Positions 30,538-40,549 are shown, counted from the stretch's first letter. The stretch: 59,845 bases of DNA from Hellea sp. (GCA_020630275.1 JAHDBU010000003.1:1-59845); one strand, 5' to 3'. Notes: generated by a model from the letters alone, not told the origin. Made by a program: numbers and translations.

Positions 30538-32230
30538 GCTCCAGCTTTTGCAGCATACCAGCCTCTAATATGTCCAACTTTTCTTTGCGGTAATGCTTGA
30601 TCGCTTCAGTCGCGAGCTCATCATTGGCCGCAAGACGCATCCAGTTGCCATCTCCATATTCAGGCCAGTCTGGAAGGCCTTTGCCATTGGGGTTACCGGT
30701 CCGAGCGAAATTGACCCAGTAATTTTGCATGATCTCTGCTAGGACATCGTCCTGTCGGGACCATCCAAAGATCTTTTGTGGGGTTCCAAATACGAATTGT
30801 GTTTCCGCAAAATGAAAGGCGCCAATGGTTTGATCTTTATTTGGCGGAATACGGGTAAAAACAAAGCTGTAAGAGGGTTGCCCATGTCGACTATTGAGTT
30901 TGGACACCAGACGAACATTCACGCCAAATATTTCATCTCCCATGAACTGTTCTCCGCCTTTATCGAAATCTTTATCCAATCCATAGAGGTCAACCAGTCG
31001 CGCTGACGCGTCGCCGAAATGCCGTTTTAGGGCTTCGATTTGACCTGCTCGATCATCTCTGGGAACGTCACGAGTCCAAAGGGTCGGATGTGGATCATTA
31101 GGGAAGAATACCGTCGATTCATCGCTATTATACCCGAACAAGGTCGGAACCGCGTAATAATCACCGTCCTGGAAAGCGTGACCAACGTTTTTGGGAAAGA
31201 CTACGCCGTCACGGATATGATGGAAGGCGCTACTCATTTCTAGATTTAAAACATCAATAATCTTGTCAGCCGAGACAGCCCGGAGATCATCCGCTGAGGG
31301 ATTTTTCAATCCTAGCGCGTCGGAAAGCAATTGACCGCCTTCGTACCCATCTTTCCATTCAGTTGGGTCCTCGGCCATTTGACCCAGATGATAAGTCGAC
31401 GCGCCGCTTTGTCCGATGGCGCGATGGAAAAGACCTTTTGCAGCTGGGGCACTCATCAATTCCGTTACAGACCAGGCGCCGGCGCTTTCGCCAAAGATCG
31501 TTACATTCTCTGAATCACCACCATAGGCCGAAATATTGTCCCGAACCCACTCCAAAGCGGCGATTTGATCCAAAGTGCCGTAATTGCCGGACACACCTCG
31601 TGGATCGTCTGCTGACAGGGCGGGATGGGCCATATAACCAAATGCACCCAAGCGGTAATTGATCGTGACGAGCACCACGCCTTTGAGGGGTAAGGCATCA
31701 CCCTGATAAATATTGAAATCCCCAGATCCAAACTGATGACCACCCCCATGTATCCACACCATGACGGGGAGGGGATCGCCTTCGACCTTGCCGGTTTCGT
31801 TCAGATTAGGCGTGCGGACATTCAAATAGAGGCAATCTTCGCTGATCTTGGAATCTCCTGAGGCACTGACAGCTTTGCGGATCAGGAATTTCTTGAAAGA
31901 CGATAATCCATGGCGCTCGATCATCAGGTTGAGAAATCCGCCGCCGTCTCCTGTTGCCTGCATACACTGGTTGCCAAAACGCGTTGCGTTTCGGGTTTCA
32001 CTCCATGATGCGGCTTTGACCGGTGGTCGCCATCTCAGATCCTCTATTGGGGGCGCAGCAAAGGGCAGTCCTTTGAAATTATGGACCTTATTGGGCGTTA
32101 TGAGCCCCTGTACCGGACCTTGAGGCGTTTCGATTACGGGACCCTCTTTGTCCTTGGGTTGCAATACAATAGCCGCCAGGACGCCAAATGTGGCCAACAG
32201 CGTGAGAATGAGGAAAAGTCTTCTGATCAT
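30494..32230 (-). CDS. Type-B carboxylesterase (para-nitrobenzyl esterase-like), exported
   Basis: 578 aa; N-terminal hydrophobic signal/anchor; EDCLYLNV, WIHGGG and FGESAGA motifs. Confidence 0.88.
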   Translation of the reverse strand: MIRRLFLILTLLATFGVLAAIVLQPKDKEGPVIETPQGPVQGLITPNKVHNFKGLPFAAPPIEDLRWRPPVKAASWSETRNATRFGNQCMQATGDGGGFLNLMIERHGLSSFKKFLIRKAVSASGDSKISEDCLYLNVRTPNLNETGKVEGDPLPVMVWIHGGGHQFGSGDFNIYQGDALPLKGVVLVTINYRLGAFGYMAHPALSADDPRGVSGNYGTLDQIAALEWVRDNISAYGGDSENVTIFGESAGAWSVTELMSAPAAKGLFHRAIGQSGASTYHLGQMAEDPTEWKDGYEGGQLLSDALGLKNPSADDLRAVSADKIIDVLNLEMSSAFHHIRDGVVFPKNVGHAFQDGDYYAVPTLFGYNSDESTVFFPNDPHPTLWTRDVPRDDRAGQIEALKRHFGDASARLVDLYGLDKDFDKGGEQFMGDEIFGVNVRLVSKLNSRHGQPSYSFVFTRIPPNKDQTIGAFHFAETQFVFGTPQKIFGWSRQDDVLAEIMQNYWVNFARTGNPNGKGLPDWPEYGDGNWMRLAANDELATEAIKHYRKEKLDILEAGMLQKLELIRPQSALSTVAVD

Positions 32231-32248
32231 GCTCGCCTTATGGCGGAC

Positions 32249-33061
32249 TTAAAGCGACTCGACAATCTGTCGGATCATCGCAGTGGCGTCATCGGCGTTC
32301 TTTGAGAGTGTTTCCGGGCCAATAAGGGGGCCAAAAGTCAATTCGAATTTTTGCCCTTTTTTGTTTAATAGTTCGCGGAACAAAGTAATATCCCTTAGCT
32401 CACCATTGGTTTTGGCAAAGAAATAATAGAGAGAGGAATTGCGGGCCTTGATCCTTAGCGGGATTACTGGAACATTATACTTCTTGGCCAGCATAGCAGC
32501 GGAGCTCTCCCAGGGTTTGTCAACAATGCCAGTCCAAGTCAGGGCGGCCAGTTTACCAGATGGAAAAATCACCACACAGCGTCCGTCCTTAAAGGCGTTG
32601 CGGGTTTTCGATAGGGTTTCTCGGGTTTTGCCAACGGATCGCTTGCTGAGCACCCACTCAACTGGGATAATGATGTCCTCGCAGTCAGGGATGACACGCA
32701 AGGCATCCGCATTGGCCAAGTAGATGTGATCGGGACGCCGAGCCTTTATGGCCTCGAATACAGCTATCCCGTCTGCAAGACCGGTCGGGTGATTGGAGAT
32801 CAAAACACAGGGACCCGTTTCCGGAAGGTTATCAATTCCCTTCACAATAATTTCGGGCTTCATCATGTCAGAGACCAAGGCAAAAGCTTCGTGGCCGGAC
32901 ATAGATTTTACTTTATCTGCTAGCTCCACAGCGAGATCATAGTGAAGAGCTTTATTCAGTGCTGGTTGAATGACGCGATAGAGTCTTTTGCGGGAAACCA
33001 ACCGGGTCGCGCGTTCGGCAATTAGCTGATCAACAATATGCATTGCTAAATTGGCCCTCAA
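32249..33061 (-). CDS. Lysophospholipid (1-acyl-glycerol-3-phosphate-type) acyltransferase family protein
   Basis: 270 aa; H(X)4D motif NHPTGLAD; FPSGK motif; 18 nt upstream of the esterase gene. Confidence 0.65.
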   Translation of the reverse strand: MRANLAMHIVDQLIAERATRLVSRKRLYRVIQPALNKALHYDLAVELADKVKSMSGHEAFALVSDMMKPEIIVKGIDNLPETGPCVLISNHPTGLADGIAVFEAIKARRPDHIYLANADALRVIPDCEDIIIPVEWVLSKRSVGKTRETLSKTRNAFKDGRCVVIFPSGKLAALTWTGIVDKPWESSAAMLAKKYNVPVIPLRIKARNSSLYYFFAKTNGELRDITLFRELLNKKGQKFELTFGPLIGPETLSKNADDATAMIRQIVESL

Positions 33062-33107
33062 ATCCTAGAGGGTTGAATACCCACCACTCATGCGATTGCA
33101 AGGTAAA

Positions 33108-33596
33108 ATGGCTGTCAACGTTCTATTCCTCTGTACAGGTAACTCGGCCCGTTCCATCCTCTCTGAAGTCCTTCTCCGAGATTTAGGTGAGGGGAGGTTC
33201 GTTGCCTTTTCGGCTGGAAGCCAACCGAGTGGACAACCACACCCGGATGGGCTTGCCGAATTGCGCCGACGCGGGCATGAGCCAGATGATGTGGCTTCGA
33301 AGAGCTGGGATGTGTTTGCGGACAAAGATGCGCCGATCATGGATATTATCATTACGGTCTGCGCAAGTGCAGCTGACGAGACATGTCCCGTCTGGCCACA
33401 CAAACCCGGTCACACTTCTATCTGTGTTCATTGGGGCGCAGAGGACCCGGCGCATATTGAGCCCCTCTCTGCACGGCAGAAGGCGTTCTCTGATGTTTAT
33501 GAGCTATGCCGGGTGCGCGTTCAGGCATTGATCGATCTAACAGAATATGAGCTGTCTGATCGAGATGCTTTGCAGCTTATTGGCGATATCATTTAG
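33108..33596 (+). CDS. arsC: Arsenate reductase, LMW-PTPase family
   Basis: VLFLCTGNSARS P-loop and downstream Cys pair (VCASAADETCP). Start taken at MAVNV with an AAGG RBS; the track ORF starts at 33090. Confidence 0.8.
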   Translation: MAVNVLFLCTGNSARSILSEVLLRDLGEGRFVAFSAGSQPSGQPHPDGLAELRRRGHEPDDVASKSWDVFADKDAPIMDIIITVCASAADETCPVWPHKPGHTSICVHWGAEDPAHIEPLSARQKAFSDVYELCRVRVQALIDLTEYELSDRDALQLIGDII

Positions 33597-33598
33597 GC

Positions 33599-33623
33599 AA
33601 AAAAAAACCGCCTCGGAAGGCGG
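33599..33623 (-). terminator. Rho-independent terminator for the minus-strand membrane-protein gene (weakly bidirectional)
   Basis: CCGCC-TCGGAA-GGCGG hairpin. On the minus-strand transcript it is followed by nine U residues (an A9 run on the plus strand at 33599..33607). Confidence 0.55.
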
Positions 33624-33649
33624 CTCTCTATATCAATTATCGGGACCGA

Positions 33650-34900
33650 TTACTTAGGCCACCACTGGTTCAGCTTCTTGGCTGCCCACTCGCGACCACC
33701 CAGGCCGAAAGCGATTGCACCGCCAACACCCAGAGCAATACCCAGACCCCAAGACAGGGATTGGAAGGCATTCTGAACGATGTCAGCACCCAGATCCATT
33801 TGAGCCAGACCCATGAAGGTTACGATCAACAGAGTTGCGTACTTCACGATTGAACCAGCCAGATCGCCAGATGTCTGTGTAACGATCTTGGACACAAAGT
33901 TAGCAATGAACAGACCTGCACCGATGATGATAGCACCCAGGACGATCTTACCGCCAATGGCCATCAATGTCTCGAATACGCTTGTCAGCTGTGGAATACC
34001 CAAAGCGTTCATAGCGGCCGAAAGACCCATTACCAAGATACCTGCGAATGACAGTGTACCGAACAGCTTGGAAGGTACAAAACCTGGACGTGATGTTCCG
34101 TCGAGGCTTGCGATTGCACCCAGCGAGTCATCAACACCCAGTGAAGGTAATGTTGTACGAACTAGGTTGGCAATGAAGCGACCGATAAAGACGGTTATCG
34201 CCAAGATCAGAGCTGCAGCCAAAATGTTCGGGATGTAGGCAATGATGGTTTGAAGAAGGTTATCGATTGGCTCAGACAGCGTTTTGATGTCCAGAGCGCC
34301 GATAGCACTAGAGGCGGCAAGGATCAGAACGATCGCACCGGCCAGTCCACCAAGTCCACGGGAAATACCATTCGATGGGGCACCATCATCAGCGCCAGCA
34401 AAGCCAAAACGTGACGCCAGATTGTCGACTTGAGCAGCTTCAAGCGTGCTTGAAAGAGCTTCTTTAACGACTTTCGCCAAAACGGTACCAATACCCATGA
34501 TGATGGCAGCTGCAATCAGCTTTGGTACGTATTCAAAAATAGTGTCGAGCATGCCATCAACGAAGTCGAGCTGGCTTGACAGTTGAGGGAACTGGCGCAG
34601 TCCCATTAGGATGAATACTAACCAAAGTACCCAGAAAACGGCTTTTGAGAGCGAGCGACCGATGTTGCCGCCTGTTGATTTGGCACGACGGCCAAGTCCA
34701 GTCTTATTGATTGCGCCGGCGACAAGAGCACCAGCTATCTTAGCGATAAAGTAACCAACAATGATTACGATCGCTGTCATTGCCAGATCGGCAATCCAGT
34801 CAAAATTTTCTCCAGGGATCAGTCCTTTGAGCCAACCCGAAAACTCGTTTACACGAGCCGTCTCGGCCAAGGTGTCCTGGATTTTTCTACTTTCCTGCAT
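33650..34900 (-). CDS. Membrane protein with conserved TM-helix repeats (CmpX / mechanosensitive-channel-related)
   Basis: 416 aa with multiple repeats of the pattern (Y)(I/V)P(N/K)(I/L)xAAxIIxxxGxxxAK/N; highly hydrophobic; strong GGAGG RBS. Confidence 0.6.
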   Translation of the reverse strand: MQESRKIQDTLAETARVNEFSGWLKGLIPGENFDWIADLAMTAIVIIVGYFIAKIAGALVAGAINKTGLGRRAKSTGGNIGRSLSKAVFWVLWLVFILMGLRQFPQLSSQLDFVDGMLDTIFEYVPKLIAAAIIMGIGTVLAKVVKEALSSTLEAAQVDNLASRFGFAGADDGAPSNGISRGLGGLAGAIVLILAASSAIGALDIKTLSEPIDNLLQTIIAYIPNILAAALILAITVFIGRFIANLVRTTLPSLGVDDSLGAIASLDGTSRPGFVPSKLFGTLSFAGILVMGLSAAMNALGIPQLTSVFETLMAIGGKIVLGAIIIGAGLFIANFVSKIVTQTSGDLAGSIVKYATLLIVTFMGLAQMDLGADIVQNAFQSLSWGLGIALGVGGAIAFGLGGREWAAKKLNQWWPK

Positions 34901-35089
34901 TTAGGAACCTCCAAATTATAGTTATAGGCTCCCGTCAGGAACCCCCCGTAAACAAACTCCATACACAGCTACGCGCAAGGCGCGCAAGCGTATATCGTTA
35001 ACTCTTAGTAAGGATTACATAAACAGGAAATGAACAAAAGGAAACCCTGAATACTTGACGAAAAATCCGCGGGTGTTAGGCGGATATTT

Positions 35090-35191
35090 ATGTCGACTCC
35101 TATCAAAAATCGCCCGCTATTGACGTTTTTGACGGTATTCTCCTTTGGCTCATTGGTTCTGGCCATCATTTGGATTAAAACTCAGTCCTGA
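35090..35191 (+). CDS. Candidate 33-aa single-TM small protein, stop overlapping the zapE start
   Basis: Hand translation gives MSTPIKNRPLLTFLTVFSFGSLVLAIIWIKTQS. Its TGA shares one base with the zapE ATG (TGATG). It is below the ORF-track size cutoff and has only a weak RBS. Confidence 0.35.
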   Translation: MSTPIKNRPLLTFLTVFSFGSLVLAIIWIKTQS

Positions 35192-36336
35192 TGCGCAGCG
35201 TTCTTAAAGAACTACGGTGTAGAATCGCGAATGGCGAGTTATATGAGGATGATGCTCAAGTCAGAGCCGCACAGGCATTAGACGACTTGCTATCGCGAAT
35301 TTCGGAAGGTTCAGATAAGTCAATTTTTTTCTGGCGGGAAAAGCAGGCACCCAAAGGGCTCTATCTTTGGGGAGGTGTTGGCCGGGGTAAGTCCATGTTA
35401 ATGGATTGGTTTTTCGAGGCCGTCGATGTCAAAGAGAAATCCCGCGTACATTTTCATGCTTTCATGCTCGATGTCCACGAGCAGATCGGGGTTTGGAGAA
35501 AATTAAGCGACAAAGAACGACGAAGGGCTGATCATTATGTGCGCGGCGCAGGTGACGATCCAATTGCACCAGTCGCCAAACTTATCGCGGATAGATCGCA
35601 GGTTTTATGTTTCGACGAGTTTCATGTTACGGACATCGCCGATGCTATGATTTTGTCCCGATTATTTCAAGCGCTATGGTCCAAAGGGGTTGTCGTGGTA
35701 GCGACGTCGAATCGACCCCCAGAGGATTTATACAAACATGGCCTCAACCGAGATCTGTTTGAACCGTTTATCGAATTAATGCCGGAGCATCTGATCATTC
35801 ATGAATTTGCTGGCGATGTCGACCATCGATTACGCCAGCTAACGGCAGCTCCCGTTTATTACTCCCCTCTGGGAGACGGTGCAGAACTGGCCATTGAGTC
35901 CGCTTGGAATCGTTTGACTGGCGCTGCGATTGCACGCCCGACAACGTTAAGAGTGCAAGGACGAGAATTGGTCTTGGAAAATACAGCCGCCGGAACAGCA
36001 AGGACGACTTTTCAGCGCTTGTGTGGAAATCCGCTGGGACCAGCGGACTATCTCAAGCTAGCCCATAGTTTTCAAACGCTCATTCTCGAAAATGTCCCGG
36101 TTATGGACCGGTCTATGCGCAATGAAGCCAAACGTTTTGTCACGCTTGTGGATGCTCTTTACGAGACCAAGACCAAGCTCGTTATGAGCGCTGCGGGAGA
36201 GCCACAAGCCCTATATCAAAAAGGGGACGGCGCGTTTGAATTTGAACGAACGGTCAGCCGCCTGATCGAAATGCGCAGCGAAGACTATCTCGGTTCTCGT
36301 CGGAAATTTGACAATATAAAATCCGATAAAACTTGA
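35191..36336 (+). CDS. zapE: Cell division protein ZapE (AFG1-family ATPase)
   Basis: 381 aa; Walker A GGVGRGKSMLMD; Walker B VLCFDEFHV; overall AFG1-like organisation. Confidence 0.88.
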   Translation: MRSVLKELRCRIANGELYEDDAQVRAAQALDDLLSRISEGSDKSIFFWREKQAPKGLYLWGGVGRGKSMLMDWFFEAVDVKEKSRVHFHAFMLDVHEQIGVWRKLSDKERRRADHYVRGAGDDPIAPVAKLIADRSQVLCFDEFHVTDIADAMILSRLFQALWSKGVVVVATSNRPPEDLYKHGLNRDLFEPFIELMPEHLIIHEFAGDVDHRLRQLTAAPVYYSPLGDGAELAIESAWNRLTGAAIARPTTLRVQGRELVLENTAAGTARTTFQRLCGNPLGPADYLKLAHSFQTLILENVPVMDRSMRNEAKRFVTLVDALYETKTKLVMSAAGEPQALYQKGDGAFEFERTVSRLIEMRSEDYLGSRRKFDNIKSDKT

Positions 36337-36381
36337 GCTGGATACCAAAGACGATTAGCCAGTATAAAAGGGGAGACATAG

Positions 36382-36645
36382 ATGGCTGACGAAATCGAAA
36401 CAAATGCCAAGGGCTATTGGCGCGCAACTTTGCGATTAACACTATTTTTGCTGGCTATCTGGTTTATGGTTTCATTCGGCGCCGGAATCCTCTTCCGAGA
36501 CTATTTAGATCAATTCTCAATCGGTGGCGCTCCACTTGGTTTTTGGTTTGCGCAAAACGGCGCAATCTATGTCTTTGTCGCGCTGATTTTCATCTACTGT
36601 TTCAAGATGAAAAAATATGAGAAGAAATACGGAATTAAGGACTAG
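36382..36645 (+). CDS. DUF4212 small membrane protein (putative solute:sodium symporter small subunit)
   Basis: 87 aa with two TM segments; YWRATLRLTL..PLGFWFAQNGAIYVFV is typical of DUF4212. It lies 3 nt upstream of the SSS permease. GGGGAG RBS. Confidence 0.8.
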   Translation: MADEIETNAKGYWRATLRLTLFLLAIWFMVSFGAGILFRDYLDQFSIGGAPLGFWFAQNGAIYVFVALIFIYCFKMKKYEKKYGIKD

Positions 36646-36648
36646 GTC

Positions 36649-38415
36649 ATGGGAGAGCTATTCTGGACCTGGTTCTGGGTCGGCCTGACTTTTAGCGTTT
36701 ATATTTTCATTGCCTGGCGGTCGCGGGCAGGGTCTACAACTGATTTTTACGTGGCGGGTCATGATGTTCATCCGGTTATCAATGGTATGGCCACGGCCGC
36801 CGACTGGATGAGTGCGGCGAGTTTTTTGTCTATGGCCGGGCTCATAGCTTTTATGGGTTACGGAGGCTCGGTTTACTTGATGGGATGGACAGGCGGCTAT
36901 GTTTTGCTCGCCTTGCTGTTAGCTCCTTTTCTAAGGGAGTTTGGAAAGTTCACCGTGCCTGATTTCGTAGGGGACAGGTTTTACTCACCGACTGCGCGTG
37001 TGATTGCCGTGATCTGTGCATTATTCGTATCCTTCACGTATATTGCGGGTCAAATGAAAGGAGTAGGCGTTGCGTTCTCCGGATTTCTCAACATTTCTTA
37101 TGAAAGGGGTATTTTCTTTGGCATGTTTATTGTCTTCATCTATGCCGTTTGGGGCGGGATGAAAGGCATTACCTATACACAAGTCGCCCAATATGTCGTG
37201 TTGATCTTCGCTTATACGGTCCCAGCTATTTTTATTTCAATCATGATCACGGGCAATGCCATCCCGCAATTGGGCTTTATTGGAGACATGAAGGGCACGA
37301 ATACACCGATGCTAGAAAATCTGAATAAGGTCGTTCGGGATCTAGGCTTCACTGAATATACTTCAACAAATAAATCTCAATTGGATGTCTTTTGCATAAC
37401 AGCAGCGCTCATGTTTGGAACAGCAGGATTGCCTCATGTCATCATCAGATTTTTTACTGTTAAATCGGCGCAGGCCGCTCGGATTTCAGCCGGTTGGGCG
37501 TTGGTTTTTATTGCCATTCTATACACGACGGCGCCGGCCGTGGCTTCATTTGCCCGAATGAATTTCATCGATACGGTCAATGAGGCCACATATATCGCCG
37601 ACACTGAAGACTACGAGGCGCGTGCGACTGCAATTCTGGCGGAGGGCGGCAAGCCGGTGCCTAAATGGTATAAGGATTGGGAAGCTTCTGGATTGTTGAA
37701 GTTTGACGATGAAAATGGAGATGGGATCATGCAATATCGTGGTCCGAAAGCGCCGGATGGTATCGCGAATGAGGTCACACCTAATCGGGATATTTTTGTA
37801 CTTGCCAATCCAAAGATTGCGGAACTCCCCAATTGGGTGATTGGGCTTGTTGTTGCTGGTGGGCTAGCAGCAGCGCTCTCCACGGCAGCCGGGCTCTTAA
37901 TGGTCATAAGTTCCGCCATATCCCATGATCTGTTAAAACGAACCTTTGCGCCCAATATGTCAGAACGCCGGGAAATGTTGGTCGCTCGGGTCTCGGCTGC
38001 TGCAGCCGTTATTGCAGCGGGACTATTGGGAATCTATGCCTCGTCCTTACCATTTGTGGCGCAAGTGGTGGCCTTTGCTTTCGGACTAGCAGCCGCGTCT
38101 TTATTCCCTGTGATTTTCCTTGGGATTTTCTGGAAACGCATGAATCGCGAAGGGGCCATCGCTGCTATGTTGGTCGGGTTGATTTCCACATTCAGTTATA
38201 TCTACTACTTCAAGTTTGTGAATGCAGACGATCCGTCGGCCTGGTGGTTTGGCGTTTCTCCAGAAGGCATAGGATTTCTGTTTATGTGGTTGGCACTTGC
38301 TGTTGGAATCGTGGTCAGTCTTATAACCAAAGCGCCCCCTCAACACATACAGGATTTGGTAGAGGACATCAGAGTTCCGGGACAAAGGCTTAAACACGGA
38401 CCGGAAGGTGTATGA
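36649..38415 (+). CDS. Sodium:solute symporter family permease (VC_2705-like subfamily)
   Basis: 588 aa polytopic protein with SSS-type motifs and a cytoplasmic insert (aa about 300-390). The pairing with DUF4212 is characteristic of this subfamily. Confidence 0.85.
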   Translation: MGELFWTWFWVGLTFSVYIFIAWRSRAGSTTDFYVAGHDVHPVINGMATAADWMSAASFLSMAGLIAFMGYGGSVYLMGWTGGYVLLALLLAPFLREFGKFTVPDFVGDRFYSPTARVIAVICALFVSFTYIAGQMKGVGVAFSGFLNISYERGIFFGMFIVFIYAVWGGMKGITYTQVAQYVVLIFAYTVPAIFISIMITGNAIPQLGFIGDMKGTNTPMLENLNKVVRDLGFTEYTSTNKSQLDVFCITAALMFGTAGLPHVIIRFFTVKSAQAARISAGWALVFIAILYTTAPAVASFARMNFIDTVNEATYIADTEDYEARATAILAEGGKPVPKWYKDWEASGLLKFDDENGDGIMQYRGPKAPDGIANEVTPNRDIFVLANPKIAELPNWVIGLVVAGGLAAALSTAAGLLMVISSAISHDLLKRTFAPNMSERREMLVARVSAAAAVIAAGLLGIYASSLPFVAQVVAFAFGLAAASLFPVIFLGIFWKRMNREGAIAAMLVGLISTFSYIYYFKFVNADDPSAWWFGVSPEGIGFLFMWLALAVGIVVSLITKAPPQHIQDLVEDIRVPGQRLKHGPEGV

Positions 38416-38468
38416 TTTTGCTCATTTCCGACTTGCTCTGTACAGGGCAAATCACCTAATGGCGGCTA

Positions 38469-39605
38469 ATGCTTGATCGCACTTCCGATAAGATCCGCCG
38501 TCCATCAGTACAATTGATTGGGACGTCAGACAAAAGACTTTGGGGCTTGCCGCTCATGGAATGGCAAAGACGAGCCTATACCAAAGTCGGCGGCACAGTT
38601 GTGGATAACGATGAAAGCGATATCGTTGCCGATATTCGCTATGTGTTATCGGCTAGTACCATGAAGGCATTTCTAAAATCGCCGGATACGGCCTTGTTGG
38701 ATAACGGAAAGATTGTCGCAACATATGGAATTAGCAAGACAAAAGCTAAAGGCCTGATTGGTCAAGCCTATAACGCGGACAATTCTACATTAACTGCGGT
38801 TGAAGCGAGTGAGCTTGGCACAGGCTACATAAAAGAGCTGAGAAAAACCGAACCCGGTTATGTGTTTGATACAGAAAGCCAATCAATGACCGAACTCATG
38901 AAGCGACAGTTTGACAGTTCGTATAAAGGCATCACGGACTTTGTGACCAAGTTTATCTGGCCGGTGCCTGCATATTACGTCACTCGGCTCTGTGCGAATT
39001 TGAAACTTTCGCCTAATATGGTGACAACCATCGGAATGTTTCTAATGCTGGCGGCGCTGTATTTTTTTTATCAGGGTCAGTGGTTATTAGGCTTTTTAAC
39101 CGGTTGGACCATGACTTTTCTAGATACAGTCGACGGAAAACTGGCCCGAACAACGATGACTTATTCAACCTGGGGCAATATTTACGATCATGGTATCGAT
39201 CTTATACACCCTCCTTTTTGGTATGCGGCATGGTTCGTTGGCTTGGGCGGGACATTTGCTTTTGCTGGATTAAATTCCAGCCCGCTTTCGTTGGCCCTCA
39301 TGGTGATATTGGCAGGGTATGCGGTCGACCGAATAATTGAAGGCATATTTATCAAAGCATTTGGGTTTCATATTCACGTTTGGACCAAGGCCAATTCCGT
39401 CATGCGGTTCATCATCGCCCGTCGAAACCCCAATATGTTTATTTTTATGATCGGAATCCTTTTGTCCACGATTTGGCCCAAAGCTGGCCATTGGGGATTT
39501 TATGCGGTCGCAATCTGGACAGTGTTTTGCATTCTCTACAATCTGGGATTTTTGTTTGCAGCAGTGCTGACCCGCAAGCCTGTATCGTCCTGGCTTGAGT
39601 CCTAG
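38469..39605 (+). CDS. CDP-alcohol phosphatidyltransferase family protein with a soluble N-terminal extension of about 150 aa
   Basis: The motif D-x2-DG-x2-AR..G-x3-D-x3-D reads LDTVDGKLARTTMTYSTWGNIYDHGIDLIHP. Several TM helices lie C-terminal to it. The start codon is uncertain. Confidence 0.75.
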   Translation: MLDRTSDKIRRPSVQLIGTSDKRLWGLPLMEWQRRAYTKVGGTVVDNDESDIVADIRYVLSASTMKAFLKSPDTALLDNGKIVATYGISKTKAKGLIGQAYNADNSTLTAVEASELGTGYIKELRKTEPGYVFDTESQSMTELMKRQFDSSYKGITDFVTKFIWPVPAYYVTRLCANLKLSPNMVTTIGMFLMLAALYFFYQGQWLLGFLTGWTMTFLDTVDGKLARTTMTYSTWGNIYDHGIDLIHPPFWYAAWFVGLGGTFAFAGLNSSPLSLALMVILAGYAVDRIIEGIFIKAFGFHIHVWTKANSVMRFIIARRNPNMFIFMIGILLSTIWPKAGHWGFYAVAIWTVFCILYNLGFLFAAVLTRKPVSSWLES

Positions 39606-39777
39606 ATAGTATTGAAACAATTTCACATAAATATCACATTCCATTCAGTTATTTATTGAGTTCTGGACAGGGTCGTATCAGGACGCTAAACATGCGGGAA
39701 TTTTTGAAATAAAAACAAAATCACTCACTCTTTGCATTGGGGACTTGCGGGAATTGAGGCTGGACTGGAGATGAGAG

Positions 39778-40533
39778 ATGCACGCAATAATCTTGAGTGC
39801 TGGACGCGGATCGCGGTTGCTACCCTTGACCACGGATATGCCTAAATGCCTATTGCCAATCGGTTTAACCACGGTATTGGGCATGCAGTTGGACACTTTG
39901 TTCAAATACGGTGTTGAAAAGGTTACCGTTGTAACCGGGTTTAATGCGCACTTGGTCGAAACGGAAATTAACAGCCGTCAAACGGGCCCGAAGATCAAAA
40001 CACTATTCAACCCATTCTATCAAGTGGCCGATAACCTTGCGAGTTGTTGGATGGCGCGTAAGGCCATGAAAAATGAGTTCTTGCTGATTAATGGCGATAC
40101 ATTATTCAGCCCGGCCTTGCTCGAGAAAGTTCTCACGGCGCCCCCGACAAACATTTCGGTCACAATTGATCAAAAGGATCAATATGACGGCGACGACATG
40201 AAGGTCACACTAAATGGAACAAAGCTAACCGCTATCGGTAAGACTTTGCTGCCGCAACAAACCGACGGTGAATCCATCGGCATGTTACGCTTTATGGGTG
40301 AGGGACCTGCAATTTTCCGTGAGCAGCTCAAGCATTTGATGCGTCATGAAGATGGAACTAAAAGTTGGTTTTTGAGCGCCATTCACGGGCTAGCGTCCTC
40401 TGGGATTGAAATCGATACGATCAATATTAAAGGCTCAACCTGGTCTGAACTGGACACGCCAGAAGATTACGAAGTTTGTCGGGTTCTGTTTGGAAATAGC
40501 GACATGGCCCGTAAGAGGTTTGCCGTTATTTAA
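39778..40533 (+). CDS. Nucleotidyltransferase (sugar/alcohol-phosphate cytidylyl- or nucleotidyl-transferase, LicC/GlmU-N-like)
   Basis: 251 aa; MHAIILSAGRGSRLLPLT signature; LINGDTLF; GGAG RBS 7 nt upstream. Confidence 0.75.
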   Translation: MHAIILSAGRGSRLLPLTTDMPKCLLPIGLTTVLGMQLDTLFKYGVEKVTVVTGFNAHLVETEINSRQTGPKIKTLFNPFYQVADNLASCWMARKAMKNEFLLINGDTLFSPALLEKVLTAPPTNISVTIDQKDQYDGDDMKVTLNGTKLTAIGKTLLPQQTDGESIGMLRFMGEGPAIFREQLKHLMRHEDGTKSWFLSAIHGLASSGIEIDTINIKGSTWSELDTPEDYEVCRVLFGNSDMARKRFAVI

Positions 40534-40549
40534 TCTTTCGCTATTGCAA

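Noticed and set aside
25818-32230. The exported-hydrolase patch (esterase, 2x GH10, nitrilase, carboxylesterase) as a horizontally acquired genomic island.
   Set aside because: There is no integrase, transposase, tRNA target or flanking direct repeats, and I could not see an obvious compositional break by eye. A lateral origin remains possible but is unsupported here.
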